Virus record (IMG/VR): IMGVR_UViG_3300032214_000986
Span: 32,001 to 96,000 of that record
Source of the DNA: a virus
DNA length: 64,000 bases
Direction: 5' to 3' (one strand)
The notes below the pieces were generated by a model. It was not told the origin of the DNA. It made no database searches and saw only the letters and a program-made list of their open reading frames with translations. The stretch's first letter is position 1. The number at the start of each line of letters is the position of its first letter. Positions 41,901-50,560 of the stretch are shown one piece after another. Both the position numbers and the translations under genes were made by a program.

Positions 41901-44066
41901 TGTTCCGCTAGTACCTGAACTACCATTAGCACCTGAAGTCCCACTCGTACCCGAAGACCCTGAAGTCCCTGAGGTACCGCTAGACCCTGTTGACCCACTA
42001 GACCCCGATGTACCACTTGTTCCACTTGTACCCGATGTACCACTTGTTCCAGAAGACCCGTTAATACCGCTTGTTCCTGAAGAACCTGAAGAACCTGAAG
42101 AACCTGAAGAACCCGAAGATCCTGACGTACCTGATGTCCCACTCGTTCCTGATGAACCACTAGTACCACTAGTACCACTATTACCACTCGTTCCAGAAGA
42201 CCCGTTAATACCACTCGTTCCTGATGAACCTGATGATCCTGAGCTTCCACTTGAACCTGAGCTTCCGGTTGAACCTGAGGTTCCTGATGTCCCTGATGTT
42301 CCACTTGTTCCTGTTGAACCACTAGACCCCGAAGTACCTGAATTTCCACTAGACCCACTTGAACCGCTAGAACCTGATGTCCCTGATGTCCCACTTGTTC
42401 CTGTTGAACCTGAGCTCCCTGAAGTACCTGATGTTCCACTTGTTCCTGTTGAACCTGAGCTCCCTGAAGTACCTGAATTTCCACTAGACCCACTTGAACC
42501 GGTAGAACCTGACGACCCTGAAGTCCCGCTTGTTCCTGAAGTCCCGCTTGTTCCTGAAGTTCCACTTGATCCTGACGAACCTGAACTTCCACTCAACCCG
42601 CTTGTTCCTGACGAACCTGAACTTCCACTTGAACCTGCAGAACCCGATGTTCCACTTAATCCTGAAGTTCCACTTGATCCTGATGAACCTGAGCTTCCAC
42701 TTAATCCTGACGAACCTGAACTTCCACTCAACCCGCTTGAACCCGCAGAACCTGAACTTCCGCTTGAACCCGCAGAACCTGAACTTCCTGACGTTCCTGA
42801 TGTTCCTGAGGTACCGCTTGAACCTGCAGACCCGCTTGATCCCGACGAACCTGAACTACCACTTAAACCTGATGTGCCTGAACTACCTGATGAACCACTT
42901 GACCCCGAAGACCCCGAAGACCCACTTGTCCCTGATGAACCATTTGTTCCATCGACACCACTTAAACCTGAACTTCCGCTAGAACCGGCATTACCACTCG
43001 TTCCGGAACTACCACTTGACCCTGAGGAACCTGAAGAACCACTACTACCTGATGAACCAGATGTCCCTGAACTACCACTTGAACCTGAGGAACCTGAACT
43101 TCCACTAGACCCACTCGTTCCGCTAGAACCTGATGAACCACTACTCCCATTTGAAGTTATTCCAGTAATTGAAACAACTCCGTTATCTGTTCTGTATAAC
43201 TCGATAGTACTACTTGCCGAGAAGTAAGTCCCGCCGGTTACGTAAATGTCTGTAAACCCCGTTAAAAACCCGTTTACGTTAAATGTACCACCTGTATTAT
43301 TTGTAAATGTTGCAACACCGTTATTTGGATTATACGTACCACCTGTAACGAATATTTCAGGAGGTAACCCTAAATAAGTCGTAGCTGAAAATGTACCATT
43401 AACCGTTAATCCGGTCATGGTATTTATTGTGGCATTATATGTACCACCGGTAACATCTAATATTGTGAACGTATTATTTAAATAAGTAAAACCACTTATT
43501 CCTGTACCCGTACCTGAACCCGCACATGTTCTAAACTTTCTCCAAGTCGAGGTTTCGTCACCTCCGTTGTAACCTTCAATTGTATTACCCGTCCACATAT
43601 TAACGAATGCGGCTCCTGCAACACTATTACTTTTAACGGTAGTACCAAAATCAGAAAAAACTACACTTGGTCCACCAGGACCCGATGCTGCAACGGCATT
43701 ATTCCAAACGGTTTGATAATTTTGTAAATGAAATTGGTATACACAATCAGTTTCATGAACATAGGCAAGCATACCTAATCTTCTTCTACCTGAAGAAATA
43801 TTATCAGAACCTAAAGTTATAACATTAGGTGAAAATATACTACCGGAACCAACTTGTAATTGTATTGGAATTGTATTACCTGAGTTCTCAATATATCCCG
43901 TAGTTCCTGAAGGGACAGTGAAGAATAAATCAGATAAATTATACACCTCCATAAAACCACCAACACCCAACACACTAATATTAGTGCCGTAAGTGCTTGT
44001 TCGTAAAACCGAAGGAGCACCTAATACGTTAATGGGGGTTATTGGATTTTTATATATTCCTGACAT
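38925..44066 (-). CDS. Gly-X-Ser repeat (collagen-like) putative tail fibre, 1713 aa
   Basis: N-terminal domain with VTGGTY repeats; two Gly-X-Ser blocks separated by a globular insert of about 110 aa; C-terminal EPNLTFDG domain. Confidence 0.85.
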   Translation of the reverse strand: MSGIYKNPITPINVLGAPSVLRTSTYGTNISVLGVGGFMEVYNLSDLFFTVPSGTTGYIENSGNTIPIQLQVGSGSIFSPNVITLGSDNISSGRRRLGMLAYVHETDCVYQFHLQNYQTVWNNAVAASGPGGPSVVFSDFGTTVKSNSVAGAAFVNMWTGNTIEGYNGGDETSTWRKFRTCAGSGTGTGISGFTYLNNTFTILDVTGGTYNATINTMTGLTVNGTFSATTYLGLPPEIFVTGGTYNPNNGVATFTNNTGGTFNVNGFLTGFTDIYVTGGTYFSASSTIELYRTDNGVVSITGITSNGSSGSSGSSGTSGSSGSSGSSGSSGSSGTSGSSGSSGSSGSSGSSGSSGTSGNAGSSGSSGLSGVDGTNGSSGTSGSSGSSGSSGSSGSSGTSGLSGSSGSSGSSGSAGSSGTSGTSGTSGSSGSAGSSGSSGSAGSSGLSGSSGSSGLSGSSGSSGSSGTSGLSGTSGSAGSSGSSGSSGTSGLSGSSGSSGSSGTSGTSGTSGTSGTSGSSGSTGSSGSSGNSGTSGSSGSTGTSGTSGTSGSSGSTGTSGTSGTSGSSGSSGSSGNSGTSGSSGSTGTSGTSGTSGTSGSTGSSGSSGSSGSSGSSGTSGINGSSGTSGNSGTSGTSGSSGTSGTSGTSGSSGSSGSSGSSGSSGTSGINGSSGTSGTSGTSGTSGTSGSSGSTGSSGTSGTSGSSGTSGTSGANGSSGTSGTSGSSGSSGSTGTSGTSGTSGSSGSSGSAGSSGSSGSAGSSGNSGTSGTSGTSGTSGSAGTSGSAGSSGSSGSAGTSGSSGSAGSAGSSGSSGSSGSSGSSGSSGTSGSSGTSGSAGSSGSSGLSGTSGSSGTSGTSGTSGTSGSSGSAGSSGSSGTSGTSGTSGSSGSSGSSGSSGSSGSSGSSGTSGSGGSSGTSGTSGTSGTAGTSGVSGLNGTNGSSGTSGSSGASGSSGSSGTSGSSGTSGTSGSSGSSGSSGSSGSSGTSGLSGSSGSSGSAGTSGTGGSSGTSGTGGSSGTSGTSGTAGSSGSAGSSGTSGTSGTSGTSGSSGSAGSSGSSGTSGSSGSSGSSGSAGSSGSSGTSGTSGTSGSSGSSGTSGNSSAVGCWYWGEGIPPGLGTLITNGSVGLGPSTNTLYVSDQTNSGTDLDSYLDSITVGTIVRLDGSNGPFFFSITSNTDSGTYHTFGVSHISGIGFVPNPGVVYCLDFYLVGSSGSSGTSGTSGTNGSSGSSGSAGLSGTSGTSGSSGSSGSAGSSGSSGTSGTRGSSGTSGTSGSSGSTGSSGSSGTSGSSGSSGSAGSSGSSGTSGISGTSGSSGSTGSSGSSGTSGSAGSSGSSGSAGSSGSSGTSGTSGLSGSSGSSGSSGSSGSSGTSGSSGTSGSSGSTGTSGTSGSSGSSGSAGSSGTSGTSGTSGTSGTSGSSGSSGSSGTSGISGTSGSAGTSGSSGTSGASGTSGSSGTSGTAGSSGSSGSSGSSGSSGTSGTSGTSGNSGSSGSSGSSGTSGANGTSGSSGTSGTSGTSGSSGTSGTSGTSGSSGSSGSSGTSGTRGSSGTSGTSGSSGTSGVSPTVPGSDNEVLTSDGAGGIVAEPNLTFDGSMLTDNGDFRQLGYHLVNTTTDNNVSASQNILSFSTDLGCAAFFEYCVTRDNGAKRMGQVYVVWDGSSADSTDVSSPDLNGTTNDFIWKVTVSASTLYFDASIGGGTWDILVHVRILLSN
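39381..40436. repeat. Gly-X-Ser triplet repeat block, about 350 aa
   Basis: Read directly from the translation. Confidence 0.95.
40770..43148. repeat. Gly-X-Ser triplet repeat block, about 790 aa
   Basis: Read directly from the translation. Confidence 0.95.
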
Positions 44067-44081
44067 AGTCTGTTAATTTTA

Positions 44082-45161
44082 TTATTGTGTATCATTACCT
44101 CTGAAATAAATAGCATTTGTATTTAATATTTTGAATATCTGATAAGGGAATGTTGTATAAACTTTATACGTACCAGAAGGAATTGTTGACCCTGTGTACG
44201 TGAATGTGTAAGAGTAAATTGTTGACTCAGTATTAACTTCAGTTAACACGTTAGGGTCACCGTTAGTACTAATATCTATTTTAACTTGAGTTTCGCCATT
44301 AGTTGCAATTAATGGTATCATCCAAGTGTACCATGCTTGACCACTAACTGTATTTGCAGAAACCTGAGTTGTTAAGAAGTTGTAAGCATTAATTGGGTTA
44401 CCATAATCGTCAACTCCTCCAGATACTTGAGGAACTGTTTGTGTGATAATCTCAGGGAATTCATTATTAGTCCATCCTGCATAATCAACATACAAGTTCA
44501 TATCAATATTAAATTGTGTTTGGTCTTGAGCCGGTTGAGAAGAGTTAGAGAATCCGAAGAAATTCGATCCTTCATCATACATCCAAGTACCAATATCTTC
44601 TGAACCACTTAATGGTTCGATGAATAAATATGCAAAATTGTTCACGAACGGAGTTGGTGTTGGGGTTGGTGTTGGACTTGTAGTCGGTGTTGGTGTTGGA
44701 CTTGTAGTCGGTGTTGGTGTTGGAGTGGCTGTAGGTCTTGGTGTTGCCGATGCGGTTGGAGTAGGTGTTGGGTTAGGGATTGGTATTGGTAATGGACTTC
44801 TTCCTGATCCACAACATAAAGAATTATCAACAAAGGATTCTAAAATTGTTATAAACAATTCATCCCTTAAAGGTAAAATCACCGAACCCTGAGAAGTCTC
44901 AATACTAAACTCACCTTTAAATCTTCCAACTTTTAATGTATTTTTTTCGCTAAACTGATAATATATTGAATTATTCTCCAATGAGTATATACAAGGAGCA
45001 CTTGCGATACGATATATCCCCGTATCAACATTAATCATAGAAAAATATATGGTAGCCCCCGTTAAATCACTATAAACGTAATTGTAATCTAATTTTCCGT
45101 CTTTAATTAAGTCTATTTCGAGATAGGGTAGCGTACTTTTCTTGCGAATAAAAAATTCCAT
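44082..45161 (-). CDS. BppU-like N-terminal domain plus Pro-Thr linker; putative baseplate or fibre attachment protein
   Basis: [12 protein letters not shown]...[11 protein letters not shown]...YYQF...GRFKGEF..; PT repeat; start at ATG 45161 (TATTTAT-N4-ATG). Confidence 0.65.
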   Translation of the reverse strand: MEFFIRKKSTLPYLEIDLIKDGKLDYNYVYSDLTGATIYFSMINVDTGIYRIASAPCIYSLENNSIYYQFSEKNTLKVGRFKGEFSIETSQGSVILPLRDELFITILESFVDNSLCCGSGRSPLPIPIPNPTPTPTASATPRPTATPTPTPTTSPTPTPTTSPTPTPTPTPFVNNFAYLFIEPLSGSEDIGTWMYDEGSNFFGFSNSSQPAQDQTQFNIDMNLYVDYAGWTNNEFPEIITQTVPQVSGGVDDYGNPINAYNFLTTQVSANTVSGQAWYTWMIPLIATNGETQVKIDISTNGDPNVLTEVNTESTIYSYTFTYTGSTIPSGTYKVYTTFPYQIFKILNTNAIYFRGNDTQ

Positions 45162-45180
45162 ACAGATAAATACTTCCAAA

Positions 45181-45212
45181 AAGAAAAGGTGTCCGTAAAG
45201 AACACCTTTCTT
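45181..45212 (-). terminator. Probable terminator hairpin
   Basis: aagaaaaggtgt...acacctttctt inverted repeat, T-rich downstream on the minus strand. Confidence 0.55.
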
Positions 45213-45316
45213 AGATTCTAGAACACCCCCCTTTCTTTAAAGGTTTATGAAAACTCAATACTACTTTTGTTTTCAGATTGTTATTGTATTATCCGACAAC
45301 AACAAAACGGATATCT

Positions 45317-47089
45317 TTAATTTTTTAATTTTGTCATTATCTCATGAAATGAATTTGAAACTAAATGTCTATTATACCCATTACTCACCAAAGATTCTTT
45401 CTCATCTCGTAAGTAATTTTCCAATATTTTTTTATCTGATTTTTTTGATGTGTCGAAACCTTCTAAAATAAAATTAAATCTATTGTTGATGATTAAAGAC
45501 TCACTTAAATTTTGTGATTTCTTTTGGTTATGTTCTAACACAACTTTTTTTATTGTAGTTGATAGTCCCATAAGTTTTTTATTATAAATATCTTGATTAT
45601 TTAATTCTTCATTCAAATTAAGTTGATAATTTAACAAACGTCCGTTTGGATTACGCATAAGTAGAATATTTTCTTTACCTATTTTTCTAACAAACTTCTT
45701 ATCGTCTTTAAATTTAGACCAACAATATTCCAAACTTTTTTTAGTCGGTTCTAATTGTGATCTCGTTTTTAGTATTTCACTTTTTAATTCGTCTTGGTGT
45801 AATTTTACTAGGTCTTTACCATAGTCAACGAATTGGTCAGTACAGAATTCTTCCATACTAACTTTACCTTTCATTTGTTCTAATCTTCCACTTAATAAAT
45901 CACTAATAGTTTTATTATACTCACTATTTTTAATACCATTAACAAACATATTATAGTACCAAGCATTGTTATATTTTTTATCGGCAATATTCATACTATT
46001 AAATTCAATAGTTTCTGTTTCACTACCTTTAAGGGTTTTATTAGGATTTAATGTTAAATTTAATTTAGTATTCGGTCCATTAACCTCAAACTCATCAATT
46101 TTAAAAGTATATGCTTGGTCATCGGTATCACCATAAAAGGCAAACAATGAGTACTTCCCATAAATTACATCATCAAAAGTAAACTCCCCTTGGTTATCTG
46201 AGAATGTTTCAAAAAACTGTTTACTGTTTTCTTTACTTATAATTTGTATAAATGCCTTTGGTAACACCCCAGAAAATTCTTTAGTCTTACCATCAAATTC
46301 TATGGTTGATTCGTAATATGTTGTACCAATGACATTTCCGCCTTTTTTAATCCCTAAAGACGTGTCAGTATCTACTTCAGTTTTGTTTCCTGATTTTGTT
46401 TTATTGTATTCAATTACGTTATCTATTTTCTCGCCACTTTCTAATGTTACACTAATAACACCTAATGCCGTTTGCTTAAATTCACCCTTTAAAACTAAAC
46501 CTGTTTTAGTAAATGTTATAACACCTTTACCTTGTATGTTCCCATTATAAAACGTACCTTTATAACCCATACCCATAGATTTGGAATAGACTTGCCCTTG
46601 ACCTCCAATCATACCGTCAATAAATTCACCCTGATAAACCCAATCATCGGGAAGACTAACAAAATACCCTTTAGCATTTGTTAAGGTACCTTTCATAAAC
46701 TTATTTCCCTTTTCCTCGTCACCTTTGAAGTATCTTGGTATTGTAAGTGGAGGTATTTCACTATAATAACTACCCTTGAAATCACCCCTATCTCCGGTTT
46801 CACCAGTGTCAGTCTCAATCATTTTAAACTTATCAAAACAACCATTAACTGTGACATTATAACCATCTACGTTTCCGGCAAAAGTTGCCCAACCAAATTC
46901 AGGAATTTCACTTAAGGTACCAAACTTTTTTAGATTAACATAAGACCCATTACCACCACATCCTTTCCATGTACTTCGGTATTTTTCTAATTCCTCCGCA
47001 ACATTAGGATCAACACTTTCAGTGACAAGATTATATCTTGATCGTATATGTTTTTTTTCCTCCTCAGTTAAATTGAATAGTTTTTTCAT
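45317..47089 (-). CDS. MORN-repeat and carboxypeptidase-regulatory-like domain protein
   Basis: YQGEFIDGMIGGQG, YKGTFYNGNIQGKG, LKGEFK; SDNQGEFTFDDVIYGKYSL. Confidence 0.7.
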   Translation of the reverse strand: MKKLFNLTEEEKKHIRSRYNLVTESVDPNVAEELEKYRSTWKGCGGNGSYVNLKKFGTLSEIPEFGWATFAGNVDGYNVTVNGCFDKFKMIETDTGETGDRGDFKGSYYSEIPPLTIPRYFKGDEEKGNKFMKGTLTNAKGYFVSLPDDWVYQGEFIDGMIGGQGQVYSKSMGMGYKGTFYNGNIQGKGVITFTKTGLVLKGEFKQTALGVISVTLESGEKIDNVIEYNKTKSGNKTEVDTDTSLGIKKGGNVIGTTYYESTIEFDGKTKEFSGVLPKAFIQIISKENSKQFFETFSDNQGEFTFDDVIYGKYSLFAFYGDTDDQAYTFKIDEFEVNGPNTKLNLTLNPNKTLKGSETETIEFNSMNIADKKYNNAWYYNMFVNGIKNSEYNKTISDLLSGRLEQMKGKVSMEEFCTDQFVDYGKDLVKLHQDELKSEILKTRSQLEPTKKSLEYCWSKFKDDKKFVRKIGKENILLMRNPNGRLLNYQLNLNEELNNQDIYNKKLMGLSTTIKKVVLEHNQKKSQNLSESLIINNRFNFILEGFDTSKKSDKKILENYLRDEKESLVSNGYNRHLVSNSFHEIMTKLKN

Positions 47090-47121
47090 TTTCTGATAAA
47101 TAGTTTGGATAAGTATTAATT

Positions 47122-47982
47122 TTAGAATCTATTGTAAATCCCTAACTTACCTTTATATTTTTTTTCACATTTATCCAAAACATAATCAACAATATTTTGG
47201 TGGTCGTCAGAAATATCAGAATCAGATTTAGCCAAATAAATCGAACGACAAAAACCTCTTTGTAGACTTACTTTAGGTGAGTTATCAACCAAAGAATCAA
47301 AAAACTCTTTAGTTGGTTTTAATTTATAGATTATAATCTTATCGTTAAAAACGGAGTTTATTTCGCTTTCTGTGTAAAAATCCTTAAAAAACGGGTACGG
47401 GGTTTCAGGTGACCATCCTTGTGTCATCTTTTCTCTAACCTTACTTTTAATTTTTACTGGTAAGTTTTCTAAACCTAAAACCTCATTTGTCTTCAGTTTT
47501 TGGACTGCGGTTTCCTCTTTTTTTTTTAATCCTGTTTCAGGATTTTCTTTAGTTTCAGGTTCTTTATCAGCGGGAACTTTTTTAGTTAGATTCATATTAG
47601 CAAGTTCTTTTTTACTAAAAGTACCCTTAACTAAAAACCAGTTACCATCGGCAGGACGAGCTACGGACCATATTTCCATCTCTCCTCTACCTTCTCTAAG
47701 TGACTGTAAAACTTTCGCCAATCCATCGACAGTAATAGATTCTGTTAGATGGGCTAAATCTTTAGTGAACATAATTTTAACAACGTCTTCATGGGTGTCG
47801 ATTACCGCACGAACAAAAGCATCATCTTCATCATATTTTTTTCTGTAATGGTCAATTCTGTCCATTACATCTTCCATGTTAATTTTAACATCTTTGTATT
47901 CTGCAGTTTCATCATTGTATGATTGAAACTTGAAAGTATCCTTCCAGTGCTTATAGTTATCTTCGTCGAATCTTTTACTCAT
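47122..47982 (-). CDS. Hypothetical protein
   Basis: 286-aa ORF. Confidence 0.75.
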   Translation of the reverse strand: MSKRFDEDNYKHWKDTFKFQSYNDETAEYKDVKINMEDVMDRIDHYRKKYDEDDAFVRAVIDTHEDVVKIMFTKDLAHLTESITVDGLAKVLQSLREGRGEMEIWSVARPADGNWFLVKGTFSKKELANMNLTKKVPADKEPETKENPETGLKKKEETAVQKLKTNEVLGLENLPVKIKSKVREKMTQGWSPETPYPFFKDFYTESEINSVFNDKIIIYKLKPTKEFFDSLVDNSPKVSLQRGFCRSIYLAKSDSDISDDHQNIVDYVLDKCEKKYKGKLGIYNRF

Positions 47983-47987
47983 ATCTG

Positions 47988-50534
47988 TTATTTTTTATAT
48001 TTTTCAACAAATGTTGAAAGGTTATTATATTCTCTATCTGTATTTGTATTTAAATCTGAGAACTTAGGTGTTACCCAAACAATTTCTCCATTGTCTTTTA
48101 TAGTTTCTAATACCGCACTTGTGGTTGATGGGTATTTTGTTAATGCAATTAAAACTAAATAATCCCCATCTTTAGATGTTAACACTATTGACCCAACATC
48201 ACTTTTTGGTATGTTGTTTTCGTTTACGCCACTATCTAATTTACCATATAATTGGTCTAAACTATTTAATTGAGTTAAACCTTCCGTACCCATTCTAGTC
48301 AATTCTTTTTGTTTTTCTCTTACTAATTCTAAAAAATCTTTAGGTACCTTAGGTATGTATTTTAAACTATTTTTAAGGAATACCGCATCATCTTCTGTGA
48401 TATCTCCACTAGTTACCAAGCCGTCTATTCTGTTTTTAAATAACGTCATGTTATTTAAATCATTATTCTCAATTTTATTAACAAAAACCGGTTGCAACCC
48501 CCTCTTTTTTAATCTCTCATCTTTTAATTTTGCTTGGTTATAGTCCTCTTCCAAATCTTTGTTTATACTATCTGTTGTTTTTTCATTGGCGATACGAGTA
48601 GCCATTTCCTCTTTTGTCTCACCATCACTTTTATTAGTATAACCCCATAGAGTTATTAAATCGTAAATCGTGTCATCGGCTAACCCTGGTTGGGCTAATA
48701 GTGCCGCTTCCCACCATTCGTCGGATCCACCAATTCCAGTAACTAAAGAAATGACTCCCTTACCCATTATATGGTCTAAGACTCTCGGTCCAACATATTC
48801 ACCTAAAACATTAAGTAATGGGTTGTCAGAATAAACCTTGTCTCCTTTTAGACCCTTACTTTTTATAAAACCGTCGTAAGCTGCTTCCATAAGACCCGCA
48901 GCCGTAGGTAATAAAACATAAGATATAAACATAACACCAGAAACGTATTTAGCGGTCGACGCACTAGTAAATCCTTTAGTCACTAAATACCTTTCAACAT
49001 CTTTAGGTGTTCTAAAAGTACCACTAACAAATAAAGAGAAAAGCCTATCTCTATTTTTCAAAGTATTTTTTAAAATTGATTCAAATGTTGAATTTGTAAC
49101 ATTGTCCAATTTTGGTGCGATTGTGGCTTCAGTTTCTTTAATACTAGCATATACATCTTTAGGTGTTTTTGTTCCTGTTGCCTTTGCACCTGCATTAAAT
49201 AACTCATCTATCGATGAATAAAAATAAGTTGACTCCTGGTCTTCAATTGCCTTAACAAATAATTTAAATTGTTCTAGTTCAACACCAGTTAATTTTGTTT
49301 CCGCATTTTTAACAAAAAGTTCCCATAGTTCTTTTAAACTCATTTCAAACCCTGTCTTAGGACTAAGAGGTGTTGATGAGTTTTTAAGTTTAACTAACTT
49401 ATCTTTAATTTCTCTAATATATGTTTTATTGGCTTTACCACCTGAATTAACAAATTGACCAAAACCTGTATTGACTGCATCTTGGAATTTGTTGGAATAA
49501 AAATTAAACGTCGGGGTTAAATCACCAGTTTTTATTAAATTCTGTAATTTATATACTTGAGCCTCAAACGCGGCAATCCACCATCTATAAAGAGGTCGAT
49601 AAACATTTATATAAAATTTATCAAACCAATTATATTTTTTTGAAATTTGTTGTATGTCTTTACCAAAATCTCTTAAACTTTTATCGTATTCTTTAAATGG
49701 ATTCTTTTTACTTCCTGTATCAGAAAGTTGTTGAGGTAAGTCTAATGGTTCACGTAACTTCGGTGGTGTAATAACTCCCGCAGCATCATCTATTCTACCT
49801 GAACTTCTAAATTGCTCAATTAGACTTTTAATCTCAGGTTCATTCTTAAATCTACCATCAAAAAAGTCTATAAATTCTTTAGCCATGTCGTCAGTGAAGT
49901 TCGTACCTTGTCTCCCTAACGCCTTTGTACAGTAATCGTACGCCCACATTATTTGTGAGTTATTAAAATCGGTTAAATTCAGAATTACATTAGGATTTCT
50001 AAAATTATTCTCTAATTGAGACTTCCAAAAAGCTAAAACCGCATCATAACCTCTTTGAGCGTTCGGTAATGAACCTTCCTTAAACATTTTACTGATAACT
50101 CCCTGTGTTAATTTTTGTATTTGAGCCTCAGGAATCGTTTTCATTGCTTCCACAAATTTAGCAACATTTGGCTGTCCGCTATTCGCCACAATGTCATCTA
50201 TTTTTCTACTAATTGCCAAATCATCAGCTAACTGAATTACGTTATTATCAAAATTAGTCTTAGTATATTTAGTTCTAATCGAACTCATTAAATCACTGTT
50301 TGACTTTAAAGTTCTGATAGCATCGTCAGCTTCTTGTCTAGTCATTTTACCTTGGGCTACTAATATATCTGCAGCATCATCGAACACATTATCTACACTT
50401 GAAGCCGTGGTTTTTATTAAATTTTTAATTAAATTAACCATAAGACCTTGTTCAGAGATAATAGGTTTAACCCCCATTAAATCTTGTATTCTAGCGACCT
50501 CATTTAATATATTAGATTTTTTCATCTTTTGCAT
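47988..50534 (-). CDS. Large helical hypothetical protein (putative internal or ejection protein)
   Basis: 848 aa; leader ILNEVARIQDLMG...IISEQ; one hydrophobic segment YVSGVMFISYVLLPTAAGL. Confidence 0.7.
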   Translation of the reverse strand: MQKMKKSNILNEVARIQDLMGVKPIISEQGLMVNLIKNLIKTTASSVDNVFDDAADILVAQGKMTRQEADDAIRTLKSNSDLMSSIRTKYTKTNFDNNVIQLADDLAISRKIDDIVANSGQPNVAKFVEAMKTIPEAQIQKLTQGVISKMFKEGSLPNAQRGYDAVLAFWKSQLENNFRNPNVILNLTDFNNSQIMWAYDYCTKALGRQGTNFTDDMAKEFIDFFDGRFKNEPEIKSLIEQFRSSGRIDDAAGVITPPKLREPLDLPQQLSDTGSKKNPFKEYDKSLRDFGKDIQQISKKYNWFDKFYINVYRPLYRWWIAAFEAQVYKLQNLIKTGDLTPTFNFYSNKFQDAVNTGFGQFVNSGGKANKTYIREIKDKLVKLKNSSTPLSPKTGFEMSLKELWELFVKNAETKLTGVELEQFKLFVKAIEDQESTYFYSSIDELFNAGAKATGTKTPKDVYASIKETEATIAPKLDNVTNSTFESILKNTLKNRDRLFSLFVSGTFRTPKDVERYLVTKGFTSASTAKYVSGVMFISYVLLPTAAGLMEAAYDGFIKSKGLKGDKVYSDNPLLNVLGEYVGPRVLDHIMGKGVISLVTGIGGSDEWWEAALLAQPGLADDTIYDLITLWGYTNKSDGETKEEMATRIANEKTTDSINKDLEEDYNQAKLKDERLKKRGLQPVFVNKIENNDLNNMTLFKNRIDGLVTSGDITEDDAVFLKNSLKYIPKVPKDFLELVREKQKELTRMGTEGLTQLNSLDQLYGKLDSGVNENNIPKSDVGSIVLTSKDGDYLVLIALTKYPSTTSAVLETIKDNGEIVWVTPKFSDLNTNTDREYNNLSTFVEKYKK

Positions 50535-50560
50535 TTTAATATAAATATAAACTACTTTAG

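Noticed and set aside
35326-43227. Very long + strand Pro/Leu/Glu/Asp ORFs (1088, 375 and 885 aa) and alternative-frame Val/Gln/Leu ORFs
   Set aside because: These are shadows of the Gly-X-Ser repeat, whose codons rarely give stops in those frames. They coincide with the repeat and lack globular domains or start signals.
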